Below the pieces are notes generated by a model, which saw only the letters and a program-made list of their open reading frames with translations, made no database searches and was not told the DNA's origin. Made by a program: the position numbers and the translations under genes. A stretch of 64,000 bases of DNA from Eledone cirrhosa. Lineage: Eukaryota. The stretch covers positions 207,576,001 through 207,640,000 of the forward strand of contig OZ024742.1 in assembly GCA_964016885.1 (NCBI GenBank), in the 5' to 3' direction. Position 1 is the first letter of the stretch. Every line of letters begins with the position of its first letter. Below are positions 38,200-51,958 of this stretch, piece by piece.

Positions 38200-38585
38200 A
38201 TATATGGTATTAGGATAGTTGCTTTGAAATAACGATGTATACATGAATGTATGTATAGTATATTTGGCAATATACTATATGTTTAATTAAAAACATTTAG
38301 AAGACCTTACGCAATCAGTTTTAAAGTAGTGACTATGTCACTTCTTTTTGGTGAAAGAAGGGAGAAAAGTCTGTTTCACGCTGGTTGGCGATCATCAGAG
38401 CCCCGCAACCCCTGCTTCCGGCGAAAATTATAGACGCTGGATTCTTATAGAATTCCAGTAATAATCAGGAGCTGATTATACAGGGCGATTGCCGGTCCAG
38501 CAAAAATCAGGTATTAGGATTGGTGCTCTGAAATAGCGATGTATGTATAGGATATTTGGCAATATTCCGTATGTTATATATTATC
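38200..38585 (-). mobile_element. HHR-bearing repeat with ~75-bp terminal direct redundancy; homolog of 42605-42930 in opposite orientation
   Basis: ggtattaggat...atatttggcaatat repeats at 38206 and 38510. Minus strand has CUGAUGA-uCGC caacca GCGu-GAAA at about 38372-38398. Confidence 0.7.
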
Positions 38586-38915
38586 ATATACATACACACA
38601 CATACACGCATATATATATGCATGTATATCTGTATGTATGTATGTTTGTATGTATGTATGTATGTAAGCGTGTATATAGTAGAGTTTGCACTCATTGCAT
38701 ATGGTTTGCATTATATATAAGTGTATATGTATATAGAGATATACATACAAGCGAGCGCCAATGCACACACAATGAGCACACTCACATCTAAACATAATAA
38801 GGAAAAACCGATACAAACAGATGCAATAAACAAACATACACGCACACATATATATATAATACAATACCCACACACGCGCACATTTACCCACCCACCGACG
38901 TACACACATAAATAA

Positions 38916-38957
<42 letters not shown>

Positions 38958-38963
<6 letters not shown>

Positions 38964-39001
38964 ATTTGTGTGCGTGCGAATGTATTGCCTGCCAGTATCT
39001 T

Positions 39002-39047
<46 letters not shown>

Positions 39048-39091
39048 AAGATACTGGCAGGCAATACATTCGCACGCACACAAATACACAC
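38958..39091. repeat. Perfect ~134-bp palindrome centred on (TA)n
   Basis: gtgtgtatttgtgtgcgtgcgaatgtattgcctgccagtatctttctga, then (ta)n, then its exact reverse complement. Confidence 0.95.
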
Positions 39092-39466
39092 GCACACACC
39101 CGCGCGCACATAAACACATATACATACAATTATAGAGAACACATATCATCACAAGTGAGTTTGTTCAGTGATATATTTACGAGTGGTCTTTCATCTTGTT
39201 ATACAGCTGCTGTTCACAAGGAATTTCAAGAGTGTGTTCTTGGCAGTTTACTTCAGGCCAGAAAGTATATTCTATTTTATCCCTTCCGTCACTGATTACA
39301 ATGAAGATTTTGTTTATTTTACCAAGTTTATTTACCCAATGCATTTCAACTCTTTCAGTTTTCATGATATTATGCTTCAGATATTTGATATTTCTCTCTT
39401 TTTTCTTCCTTTATTTCTGAATGCTTCGCAAAAGGAGAACTGATATACATATAGACATACGCACAT

Positions 39467-39531
<65 letters not shown>

Positions 39532-39587
39532 TATGTATGTATATATACACACACACATATATGTGCATATATATGTATATATACACC

Positions 39588-39670
<83 letters not shown>

Positions 39671-39871
39671 TATCAATGTGGGCGTGAGTATGAAAACACT
39701 TATACCAATACATATGAACATAGCTTAGCTTACCGTCATAAATGCGTGAATATATATATAGACATATAAGCAAATCTGGAAGTACGCACACACATGCACG
39801 TATATATAATTGCCTGTGTGTGTGAAGCAACCAGAGAGAGAGAGAGATAGAGAGAGAGAGATAGAAAGAGG

Positions 39872-39922
<51 letters not shown>

Positions 39923-41254
39923 GTGTCCATGTACATTTATACAACAATCAATTATTCATCTGTTCAAAACGGTTTCTTAAGTATATTTTCGAGTTTTTTT
40001 CTGTACTAGGCATATATACTTGCCCTACATTCAAATCCCCGTCTTTGCTTGTTTCTTAACCTTCAGATTAAGCAGGGTTCTGATCAAGAGTGTTCCAGCC
40101 ACCACCATCTGATTTAGGTATTTCATATATTCACTCCTAAATTTATTGTTTAAGACTGTGATTGAGGTGGTTGTGTCTCTTAACAGGTTGAGCCTCTGCA
40201 CAGATACTACCTTAAAACTAAAGAGAATAATATATGCAATGTAATCTGTAGGAACTGCAAGAGTCTCGAGTTATGCTTAAGATATGTAAAAATAACATCT
40301 ATATATGCCTGTATGGAAAGATTGCTCAAAGTTCTATTTTCTTTAAAATTAATATCTTGAGAATCATACACTGAGATTTACTATATTTCTCACAGCAGAA
40401 CTTAGCCTACCCAAGGGATATATATATATATATATATATATACATACAGTGATAGAAAAGGAGAGAGAGAGATAGATAGAGAGAAAAAGAGAGAGAGAGA
40501 GAGAGAAGGGGGGGGGGAGAAGAAGACATCTTAGTATTTTGGTATTTTTACCCCAAGCGGATAAATGTGATGTTGACGATGGCGGGTTTTGAACTCAGAA
40601 TGCAGGGAACCAGAACAAATATTGAAAGTCCTCATCGCCGTTTAATTGTTATGACGATGGAATAATTCCATTTTCTGCGAAAGTGAGACACAGCGTATAG
40701 GGTTGCGGTTTTGGTTGTTAATGACTTCACAAGTAACAACGACATTTGATCCATATCTTTGTCAAACTCAGACAAAGCGCAACAGTCCGACACATTTGAT
40801 TCTACATACTTCCCGGCAATTGAAGGCCTGAAATATTTCTAGAGACTTTCATGTTAATTTAACTTTCAGACTCAAATATGTCATGAGATAGCCTCTGTAT
40901 AGTTGCTCGACCTGCTAGAAAGAGCAGCCCCCTCCCCCCACTAATGAAATCCTGCCTACATAAAGAAAAGGGAAGATGATACGTTGCACAGTGTAGTTCT
41001 AGACACATAATATTATGCATTATGGGATTCTTATGTTTGGTATCTCAGTTATCACAATTATTCTTTGTCAAAAGCTAGACAGAGGAAAACAATGAGAATA
41101 ACAACAACAGCAAGTAAGGTATAGAACATAAGAAGTGATTAAAATTTATGTAAATGTATACATGGTAGTTTTCTTATGTGATAGAGCAGATTAAGACGGT
41201 TGTAGAGTAAGAAACATTAAATCTAATAATTAATAAGATATCTTCTTTCCCTAG

Positions 41255-41311
41255 CTCTCTATTGTGTCCATGGCCGATAAAACAGTTCTATGGGTTGAAG
41301 CCCATCTTGAT
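41255..41311 (+). other. Candidate isolated 57-nt coding exon (LSIVSMADKTVLWVEAHLD)
   Basis: Good acceptor tcttctttccctag, consensus donor gtaagt, open phase 0-0 frame. No partner exon or protein identity established. Confidence 0.3.
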
Positions 41312-41859
41312 GTAAGTATATGAAGTGTGTGGTGTAATTCACTACTGCAAGCAGCGATAACATCCTGACGGAAACTTCTTCCTGTCCTGTAAAATGAGGT
41401 GCGATAGACCAGCACTCTATTTAATTCGCATCTGTTTAACACCAGAGAAAGTGGAGAAAAGTATTATTAGTACTAATGTTCTAGCTATACATGGAAAAGG
41501 ATGTGCTTAATATGTAACTCTGGCTTTGCCTAACATTAAACTATGTTGCGTTTTATCAAGTTCTCCACATAAGAAATTCCTCGATACATTTCACTGCTAA
41601 TAGTCGAACATATTTTGACTATTTGAAAATTGAAACCTTATTTGAAACCATCGGCTATGAAGCATAACTATTATTGAATTCTTTTCAAATGCATTTGATA
41701 TATGTTAAGAGATTACAATTTTAATGTTATATGGTTTAATCTCACCACTGAGCAGAATGAATGTATACTGATGTCTACAAACTAAGTGTTTTCAGCTGGA
41801 TTACAAATTTGCTTTCGAATCTCTCCTTTCTGTAATACTTATCTCTCCCTCTCTCCCTC

Positions 41860-41890
<31 letters not shown>

Positions 41891-41939
41891 ATATGTGTGT
41901 GTGTATGAATTTGTATGTATATTTGATTCTTTTTCCAGA

Positions 41940-42600
41940 AGTGTTGTTAGTCAACCAGAGAGAGCAGTGAAAGAAATAATTTGAATGAGAATTATGGAAA
42001 AGTCTGGATATAGCGTAAATTGTCAAAGGTATATTTTCAAGAACCCTTGAAAAGCACATTTTGATGAATTTAGATATTTTGCATTGTTAACTTATATCAC
42101 AGACATCTGTACATTATAAGCTTTTAACATTCGTGGAATTATAGAGAGAAATGATGAAAGTAACAGACATCGCAATGAGAAGGAATTTGAAAGAAGTTTG
42201 CATAGTTCTCTAAAATTATTTTTAACGAGGAAGAGCTGTAAATATATATTCAGGATATGGTCCTTATATACACACATATATACATATATAATCTGTAAGC
42301 ATCTCCTTTTTTTTTTGTATTAAAAACCGTAATTTGTGGACAATAACATCCTTGTTTCAAGATTTTCATAGAGTCAGTCTCTGGTTCACTGCATTTCTGA
42401 CGACAACAGTGACAACGTAATGTACAAATAGTGAGAAAATCATTCAAACTTCCGGTTTGTTGTAGTTTTGTCACCAGTGTTTAGAGTCTTCGCTTATTTA
42501 TATCAGTCTACGCCATTTTTTGGTGTAAACATATGATACAACGGGAGGAAAATCTGTTTCGTAGAATCGAGAGATATCTGAGGATCTTGCGATTTCAAAG
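41940..42600 (-). mobile_element. Highly decayed Tc1/mariner-like transposase relic
   Basis: LVTKLQQTGSLND...EPETDS...AYRL resembles the KFxxTGSVxD HTH region of Tc1/mariner transposases. No TIRs identified. Confidence 0.45.
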
Positions 42601-42684
42601 TCAGGTTTGATCAGCTCCTGATTATTAGTGGAATTCTATAAGAATCCAGCTTCTATAATTTCCGGCGGAAGCAGGGGATTACGT

Positions 42685-42726
42685 GGCCCTGATGAACGCC
42701 AGCCAGCGTGAAACAGACTGTGAGCC
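42685..42726 (+). ncRNA. Hammerhead motif within repeat 42605-42930 (non-canonical GUG at cleavage site)
   Basis: GGCc-CUGAUGA-ACGC cagcca GCGU-GAAA-CAG a CUG-UG-aGCC. Confidence 0.65.
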
Positions 42727-42843
42727 TCTCTCACTTCTTTCGCCGAAAAGAAATAAGTGACATAGTCAGTAGTTTAAAGCTGATAGCATATGGTCTCCTA
42801 AATGCTTTTAATTAAACATACGATATATTGCCAAATATACTAT

Positions 42844-42877
<34 letters not shown>

Positions 42878-42939
42878 TATATTTGGCAATATACCGTATG
42901 TTTAATGAAAAACATTTAGGAGACCATATATATATATAT

Positions 42940-43543
42940 GTGTGTGTGTGTGTGTATGGGTGTTTGTGATCCATTTACACCGGTCATAGACACACATATA
43001 TATATATATATGCACAACAACACCACCAACTCTCTCTCTATCTCTCTCTCTCAGTATCTCTCTCTCTCTTCCATTCACCTTCTCCGCTTCTTCTCCCTCT
43101 CTCTATGCCTTTCTTTCAATATATTCTCTCACAACCACTATCTCTTTCTCTTTATCTTTCTCTCTCTCTCTCCCTGTTTATTAAGATACCCGGTAAAAGC
43201 CCATATCTCGGGACCCTGTGCTCCGATTTGCGCGAATCTTGTTTTATTCCATTTGTATTCCCAATTCAGGGTCCACTTCTTTGAAAGTATTTCCGCATTA
43301 AACACCCTTTTGGCTGTATTACATTACAGACAAACAAGCAAGTGAATAATCACAGAGTTTTATTAGTATACTAGACCACTCGTGACCTGCTGGGTCACTT
43401 TCACTTCAGCATATGCTTTTAAAATCATGTTCACTTAGAAATAATTTTTAAATAAGTACACAGACATGTATATAATGTGAAATGAAACTGAAAGGCCTAT
43501 ATTTATATATATATACGTGCGTGTGTGTATATATATAAATGTG

Positions 43544-43579
<36 letters not shown>

Positions 43580-44405
43580 CATTGGATACCATCAGGGTTG
43601 CAGGTGTTATGATGTTGACTTGTTATTCTTTTTGGTAAATATCATCTTGGTTAAGAGAGTGGGACTGGCTTTGTGCAGTGCCTTTGCTCACTATAAAAGC
43701 TTCACGGCACAGGCATTGCTTTGTATCTGGAGATCTCTCTGCACTCGTCGTCACATGGTGCCATGGGCCCAGCACTATGTGTCAATAATTGTCACAGGTG
43801 TAGTGTTTGTACCAGAGTTTTCAAGTCGCTGGCTGGACTAAAAAGTCACACTTGTTCAGCACATCGGTAGGGGTTCTCCTATATGGATATAAAGTAGTGG
43901 CCGTATTCGAAAACGAGTTGGCAGCCACCATATATATATATATAGAGAGAGAGAGATATGTGTGTGTGTGTATATATATATGGGTGTCTGTGATCTATGT
44001 ACACTGGTCATAGACACACACATGTATATATATATGCACAAACACTCACATATATATGTACACAATAACACCACCAGCTCTCTCTTCCATTCTCCTTCTT
44101 TCTCTCTCTCTATGTCTCTCTTTCAATCTACTCTCTCACAACCACTATTTCTTTCTCTAAACAATAAAACCACCAGCTCTCTCTCCGTCTCGCTCTCTCT
44201 GTATCTCTCTCTATTTATTAAGGTACCCGGAAAAAACCCATATTTCCGGAACCTGTGCTCCAATTTATGTTTTATTCAAAATTGTTTTATTCCATTTGTA
44301 TTCCCATTTCAGGGAACTTTCTTTCAAAGTATTTTCCCATTATGCGCTCTTTTAGCTGTATTACAATACAGACAAGCAAGCAATCACAGAGTTTTAGTAG
44401 TACAT
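42940..44405. repeat. Diverged ~430-bp direct duplication (42940-43375 and 43960-44405)
   Basis: Shared gtcatagacacaca, caccacca, tacccgg..aaa.cccatat, ttattccatttgtattccca and aatcacagagtttta blocks in the same order. Confidence 0.75.
43580..43931 (+). mobile_element. Non-autonomous RTE derivative between (TA)n tracts
   Basis: tgatgttgac...gcacaggcattgctttg matches the RTE 5' UTR segment. It ends ggccgtattcgaaaacgagttggcagccaccat, like the RTE 3' terminus. Confidence 0.55.
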
Positions 44406-45133
44406 AGATAGACAGATAGATAGATAGATATAAATATAGATATATTTCTTTATTTGCCACAAGGGCGCATAGAAAGATCAACCAAATACTTACCATCTCT
44501 CAATTAAGACATCTTCTCTCAGATGATTTATTATCCCTAGCACAAGGCACTCACCACATTTATGATCTTCTTCTTCTTCTTCTTCTTCTTCTTCTTCTTC
44601 TTCTTCTTCTTCTTCTTCGTCCACTTAATCCTCAAATGATAGTCTGGGCAGTGGTCCTACACCACTTCTTCCACTATCTATCTTTATCAATCAAAAAGAG
44701 GTAATCTGGAATATATAGTTTTATTGTAAGTCTATTCTTATATCTACCCTGTTTATATACTACCAATAAAAATTCATCATGAGGATTTTGATGGTGATGA
44801 TGATGATGATGATCGTGATGATGATGATGATGATGATGATGATCGTGATGATGATGACACACACACCCACATACACACATATATATACGTATATATAACA
44901 AAAGCGCAAAGAATGTTAAAATTGAATTAATATCAAACAAAAATATAAACATATTCAATTCTACTTATTACTGCTATGTCCATGCCATATGTCTATACAT
45001 ATTCGAATATTCTACGCAAAGTAATATATTTATATAGTCATATACATACGCATAAAATATGCCTCCACATCTATGCATATATACACAGGAATGTGCAAGT
45101 ATATGTATTTATCTATAATCATCTCCCTCTCTC

Positions 45134-45186
<53 letters not shown>

Positions 45187-45914
45187 TATTCAGTACTATA
45201 CGAATATGCCAGACAACAACACGACGGAAACATAGACAATATAGAAATTAGAATAATATCTAAACATAGAAATGACCCAACAGATAGGTAAATCAGAGAG
45301 GCCAGTGAAATAGAACTTAGAAGGCCAAGGCTAAACAGAAAGAATGAATGGAATAACAACAACACCCAAACAAACAACACTGACCTAAGAGAAGTATAAA
45401 TAAATAGATAAATAAATAAATAAATACATACACGAGCACAATAACAACAAACACATATAAACACACACTAGTAAAGATAGAATATATTAACCAATACACA
45501 GTCACCCGATCACGAACACACATCAAACAAAACACTATACACACGCAAACGCATGGGCAAAGAAGGCAAAGTAAAATAAATAAATATATAAACAGACTAA
45601 ATAAAGATGGCGTAGAAAATACAATGCAACGGGAGGAAACAATAGCACCACTGACAATGTTGCAGATGTGCAACAAAAGAACTTTGATAAACTATATTAT
45701 GTGTTTATGTCTATATTGTATCTGTATTACTTTTGACCGTTGGTCAGTCAATGGCAACATTGAGGACCGAATAAATTAGATTACCGATATAAAAGACACA
45801 GAAGCGAAAAGCGGAAACCAACCAAACAGTGGGTGTGTTCTGTTATTAATTCTGGCAATATTACACAAATATGACCCACCCCACGTATAACAATATATAT
45901 ATATATATATATAT

Positions 45915-46338
45915 ATTTAAAAGTTAAACAAGGTTCAATGAATACACCAAAGAATGAGTTTTACAATAGATTGGAAGCACTCAGCGGTGTGGTTTTCCTG
46001 AGTTATTAATATTAATTCAAAATATTAACAAAATATAGATATTCTAGTGATCAATTATATTTTATTATATATATTTCAGAGGTACTGAGTTAAGTTCAAC
46101 AGTACGTCCTCATCAGATGAAATAAGATGATGAATGTCATACCCTGGCATAGTAGATGGTTAAGATTCAGTCATGGTAGGCCTGACTGAATCTTAACCAT
46201 CTACTATGTCAGGGTATGACATGCATCATCTTATTTCATCTGATGAGGACGCACTGTTGAACTTAACTCAGTACCTCTGAAATATATATAATAAAATATA
46301 ATTGATCACTAGAATATCTATTTTGTTAATAATTTGAA

Positions 46339-46348
<10 letters not shown>
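45915..46348. mobile_element. (TA)-flanked fold-back element with ~165-bp arms, each containing an HHR
   Basis: 46008-46173 and 46183-46348 are near-perfect reverse complements around the loop tggtaggcc. Confidence 0.85.
46233..46297 (+). ncRNA. Type I hammerhead ribozyme with extended stem II (mirror copy at about 46060-46124 minus)
   Basis: AUUUcAU-CUGAUGA-GGAc G(U/C)ACUG...CAGUAC cUCU-GAAA-UAUAUA-UA-AUaAAAU. Confidence 0.7.
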
Positions 46349-46380
<32 letters not shown>

Positions 46381-46392
46381 GCTGCACACACA

Positions 46393-46456
<64 letters not shown>

Positions 46457-46621
46457 ATGCATAACTTTTGCTTCCGGCAAAAATGTCCCCCCCCCCCCGC
46501 CAAAACACACACACCACAAACACACATAGTTATTGAATTCGAACCGAAATACCGGTGAACCAAAGAAACACTCAACTAATCTTTAATAATATGTGTAGTG
46601 GGTGATGTTTATTATTAATCA

Positions 46622-46710
46622 TGCCGAGGTTAACTTTGCCTTTCACCCTAAAGTACCAGTAATGCACTGGATAATTGTGGCCTTGTGCCAAAATTAGAAA
46701 CAATTATTAT
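46622..46710 (+). mobile_element. SINE 3' half with internal deletion
   Basis: gccgaggttaactttgcctttca...aaagtaccagtaatgcactgg...ccttgtgccaaaattagaaacaattatt. Confidence 0.8.
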
Positions 46711-48384
46711 CATCACGGTGATAGCGATAGTAGTAGATTCTGCACCAACGTCCTTCACCCCAACCACCACCACCACGACCACCACCACTAATAACAACAA
46801 TTTATGACAGTAACGGCAACTCCGTCTATTAGATACTTTGGAACATTTTATATAATTTCTTTATTGTTAAAGAAGGAATAATTCCCATATATTAGGAGAT
46901 ATATAACTGTAGCTACAGTTGATGTCGTTGTTGTTGCTGCTGCGGCTGATCTTCTTGTAGATGTTGCTGGTGGTGTCGTTGCTGTTGTTGTTGCGTATAT
47001 TTTTGTCCTATATTTGTTGTTGCTGTTGTTACTGTCGGTGTTGATGTTGCGGCTGTTGTTCTTGCTGTTGCTGGTGCTGGTATTGTTGATATTGCTGCTG
47101 CTGCTGCTGTTGCAGATATTGTTGTTGTCGATATTCTAATACAAATTCCTTATCGACTTAGTTTAGCGGCAAATACATTACAATTCAGATGTTGACTAAT
47201 GACACTACTTTTATACATTTATGTGAATATATATTAGTTCATATTTTATCTTGTCTGTCTTTGTGCTTTTTAAATGGGTGGATGGATGGTTAAGGTCGGT
47301 GAAAAAGGATGAAAGGGGATTGTTTTTATTCTAGAATTCAATCAGTTTAATCTTTTTTTCTTTCACTGCTATTTTGGGGATCAATAAGGTAAATGGGTAC
47401 ATTTGGCAGATTGATATTTGATGGATTGGTGGGTAAAAAAGTGAAACCTGAACTCTTAATTAATGGAGTGAATTGGGAGAAGAGGAACTTACAATCTGAA
47501 AAAAGATGGACTTGATACCAGAGATATAGAAAGAAATAAAGTAAATAAATAGATTAAATTTGGAATATAAGATAAACCATTGCAGAGTCTGTGGCTGGAG
47601 GCAGAATTGCTAGAGTGCTGGGAAAAATTCCCTGGTATATAAAAATATTTCTTTGGTGTCCTGGTTTAAAATTCTGTTGATGTGTTTTATGCATTTTATT
47701 ATTCTGGGGTCGATAATATAAGTAGTTGTTTTGTGCTGAGACACAATATTTAAATCAACTGTGCCTTTCCTCTTTCAAAATTTCCGTGGCCTTGTCCCAA
47801 TTTTGCAAATCAATATTAACACTTGTCTCTAATACCGGGCCAGTGTGGCCTTTTTGATTTGGTAAATAGCAACATCTGTTGTGAATTATCTTGATTCAGA
47901 TATACTTTATTTTACTGTATGTATTGATTTCTTATTTACAGGGATGATAACAAAAAAGGCTTCAGATTTATTGGCGTGAAAATATTTTTGGCAATATTCA
48001 CACATTTCTAAAGAGTATTACCTTCTTAACGGTGTAAATGAAATAGTTCCAACTTGGTATGCAAAGTAGATTTCGTTCTTCTTAGTTCGGTGAAAGCTCA
48101 CCACAACGGAGAATTTAACCACTCATTCCACTCGAAAGAGTGATATGAGTGGTTTGTGTACTTGTAAGGTATGTAATATGAATAGTTTCTGTTTGCTTTC
48201 TATTAATAGTCTCTGGAAACCATTTTTTCTAATTAAATTTCTACAATATAGTTTTCTCGCTTCAATACTGTCACTTAAAATGTTTGTAGTTTTCATCATT
48301 TTAGTACTATATTATTGGTTATGTGCTCTGTCCATGCTATTCTCAAAAGGGGATTTACTAATCTATTAGAGTTCATTATTCGTA

Positions 48385-48489
48385 GCCGATGTTGACTTTG
48401 CCTTTCATCCTTACGGGGTCGATAAAATAAAGTACCAGTAATACACTGGGTAATTGCTGGCCTTGTGCCTAACGTAGAAACAATTATTC
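48385..48489 (+). mobile_element. SINE 3' half
   Basis: Match to the family consensus. Confidence 0.85.
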
Positions 48490-49035
48490 GTATAGTAGCA
48501 TCTTTATTTGAATTGTTCTAATAAAAATCACCTTTAACAAAACGATTATTTCACAGTTTGGTAATCATTTTATAGCTAGCCATTCAATCATGATAGATGT
48601 GTGATATCAGTCTGCTACCTGGTAAGCAACCCGAAGAAATTTGATTCGTGTGCTTTATATCTGAATATATACTACAAAATGACACAAAGCTGAAATAATC
48701 AACTGATGATCATTTTATTAGGGATAAAACAGAATACCCCATTTCCCTAGCCCTGCCACAATTACAAAGACGGGCTCTTCCGATTCACTTGTGCAGTCTT
48801 GTGTAGAGTAAAGGGAAGCGTCATACCGTTTCATTTCCAATATATTATATCATACCAGAATAAAAACCGACCGAGGGTGGTTTTCTGCTAGCATATGTAG
48901 TGTGCGTATTGGTTTTATACGCAAATATATATGCTTATAGATATTATATATAAATTGAAAAGTAAATTGACAATATCTTCTTCTTCGCCCACTTATTTCT
49001 GAGAAGGACGTGGGTGGGGGGTGGGGGGTGGGGGT

Positions 49036-49066
<31 letters not shown>

Positions 49067-49099
49067 GGGGGCAGAATCCTTCTCATACACTCCTTCCAG

Positions 49100-49640
49100 T
49101 TAGTCTGTCAGAAGCAAATATCTCTAACTGATCCAGCTGGATCCCAAAACCTGACTAGCCAAGCTCATGGATGTTATCCAACTATCTTGCTCGGGGTCTG
49201 CCTCTGGGTCTCTTGCTGGTTGGTTTTGCCGGTAAAATCTGTCCAGCAATTCTTTCCGAGACATTCTAAGCTCATGCCCATAGTATCGGAGCTGTGATCT
49301 CTCAATCCGGAGAAGTAGCGGCTCTACCAGAAGTGACTCTCTGATCTCTGAGTTATGCCCTTTATCGAGTAACGTTACTCCAAAGACCCTTCTGAGGAAC
49401 CCCATTTCTGCCGTTTGTATTTGCAATTGTATTCTTTCGGTCATTACCGAAGATTCATGACACTCAGTAAGGGTTGACAGAAATACCAGGAAGACAGCGA
49501 ATTTGGCTTTTACACCTACCTCCCTTCTGATTACTGAATGTTGAAGCTGGTGCATTACTGCATTAGCTTTTGCAATTCTTGCACTCATGATACTTCAACT
49601 TCTCCAGCTGCTTCAGTAGAACTCCATTTACATGTATATA
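49100..49640 (-). mobile_element. RTE-clade LINE RT C-terminal fragment
   Basis: ARIAKANAVM...QTAEMGFLRRVFGVTLLDK..NSEIRESL.VEPLLLRIERSQLRYYGH. Confidence 0.85.
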
Positions 49641-49861
49641 AATTTGAGCGACTTCTGTCCATCCGTCAGTCACAAAATGTGTGTGTGTTTTTGCGTGAAT
49701 GTATGTATGTAAAAGGAAGGAAAGGGATACACACGTATATGTCTTTAACTTTAAAACAGGGACACATACACATATATATATGACACACACACACATATAT
49801 ACATAACACACACACGTCTCTAATTAAAGAATGCCGACAAACACACACTGTTCTATTACCA

Positions 49862-50305
49862 CTTTAGAGCTTTGGCCAGGGCAAACATACCCTCAATTTT
49901 GAAACCGTCTGGGTTGTCCAGAATTGATGGTAAAAGACCTGACGGTCTTACCCTGTGATCCTGGTCAAGAGGTAGATGCCTTGTCTGGTACATCACAGTT
50001 AATGACTCTTTTGATCCTTCCCACATCCTGGATGCAGTAGTAAGGGCGAGAGCCACAGCATCCCCAGCTGAACAGAACAAAATCCTAAAATACCGTGATC
50101 TGTTGGTTGGTTAACAACATTTTCCAGCTTGTGGCGTTCGAGACGTTTGGGGAAGTCGGGCTACTGACTGCGAGATGCTTATCTTCACTGGTGACTCGCC
50201 TAACAGAGGCAACTGGTGAAGGTCGTGAAGGCGCTTGGTTGTTCCAGTACCTCAGCCTCGGCTTCACCCGAGGTAACACTACTAGTGTACTGGTTTGCCT
50301 CAGAA
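49862..50305 (+). mobile_element. CRE-type non-LTR retrotransposon 3' end (restriction-like endonuclease domain), decayed
   Basis: [40 protein letters not shown]...AEQNKILKY...VAFETFG...LFQYLSLGFTRGN. Confidence 0.85.
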
Positions 50306-50570
50306 ATTATTATGGAGGTTTCCCAGTGCTCTCCGCGATATTGTTATATTTTACTCTGGTAGTAGCTCGTTTGTCCACCCCTTTCACCTGCCTTTTGTAA
50401 AATATGTTGGATTACTTTGAATAGATAATGAATGAATATTACATAATTTATCTACTCAATTTCGTAACAAATGATTAATCATACATAATTTTATTGCATA
50501 TTTCAAGATTCACTTCTTTTAAGAGATTCAAATTTCAATACTTGCGGTAACGCCACCACGACGACCACCA

Positions 50571-50627
<57 letters not shown>

Positions 50628-51958
50628 ATGGAGACGTACATAATGCGGGATTATATGCGCTTTTGCTGTGGATTTAGTCTTAAACGTATGCTGTTATTTT
50701 GTGTCAAACTTAATGGGATTTACATTTAAAATTATCGATATAGGCTTTTTACTTAAAGAACCTATATCTAAGTGCAGGTTAACATATTCACAGTAGTGAG
50801 AGAATCATTGACGTTTAATGAATTGAACTTAAACACGTAACGAGAAACAGAATAATTAGAGATAATGAAAATTCTTGTTCAGGAGAGCAATTGAAAAAAA
50901 CTCAGAATTTACTTTGGTTAACATTTAAACGGAGATACGCAGAGATGAGTTAGTCCTTTCGTATTGGGATAAATGTATATTTTGATAGCCCTAGACACGT
51001 TTTGGTCTTATTAGATCTACTCAATGACGTTGGTAGTGGGGTTTGAAATAACGGAGTTTTGCGGCCCCCACCATTTTTCAAACGAAGGTAGAAGGCTGAG
51101 AGATGCATTGTTTCGTCTCAAACGAAACAGTTAATAGTGCGGTCTTTTGTTCCCCCAGTAACCACATGTATAGCAGTCCCGTCATGAAAGCGAACTTTAT
51201 CTGAGATGTTATTCAACTGTCCCGCTTTGATTTTGAAAAGGATCTCCAAAATCACCCCTGACCAGTCTTCTCGGGCAGTTTTGATAACATCTATGAGTTG
51301 ATTTACTCCGTCCATGTATTTTACATAAATTTGAAAATAAGTCCAAATATTTGGTCCGAAGCCTACATACTGTGAGGTTGCCTTTTCACGGGGCAAAGTT
51401 TGGTGCCTTATCAACAATTCGTAGTAAAAATGTAACAATAAATGCAAAGTAAATACTTGTAAATCATCAAAACACACATGAATAGATTTTTCACTACATA
51501 ATGCTAATCAATACATTGTTGGGGATTTTCATTATGGGCTGGAATAAGTTTGTAAATATTGATATACATTCTGTGCATGCTTCTATGTGTGATACTAAAT
51601 CTTGAGAGAAAGGAAAAACGTAAGTGCTATTTTGAGGAATTCTTTTAACAAGAGAAAACGTTTACAAGGCATTCTGTTACATGAAATCACTTATTCATTA
51701 GGGCCCGTTTTTATACACATTGGATAATGTGATCTGTCTTCAAATATTCCTGTTGTATTTTATTGTTTCCATGTTTAACACAGTTTATTCCGCATCAATT
51801 TGCCGTTTACATTGTTTACCCTTTTCGCACATACATATTGTTAGTTAAACTATAATAGATTAGCATTTTGTTTAGTAGAAACATACATTGCATTATCGTA
51901 ATCTGAATAGAATATAACCATAGATTTAATAAAGTTCTTTTTTTTTTTTTTTTTTTTT

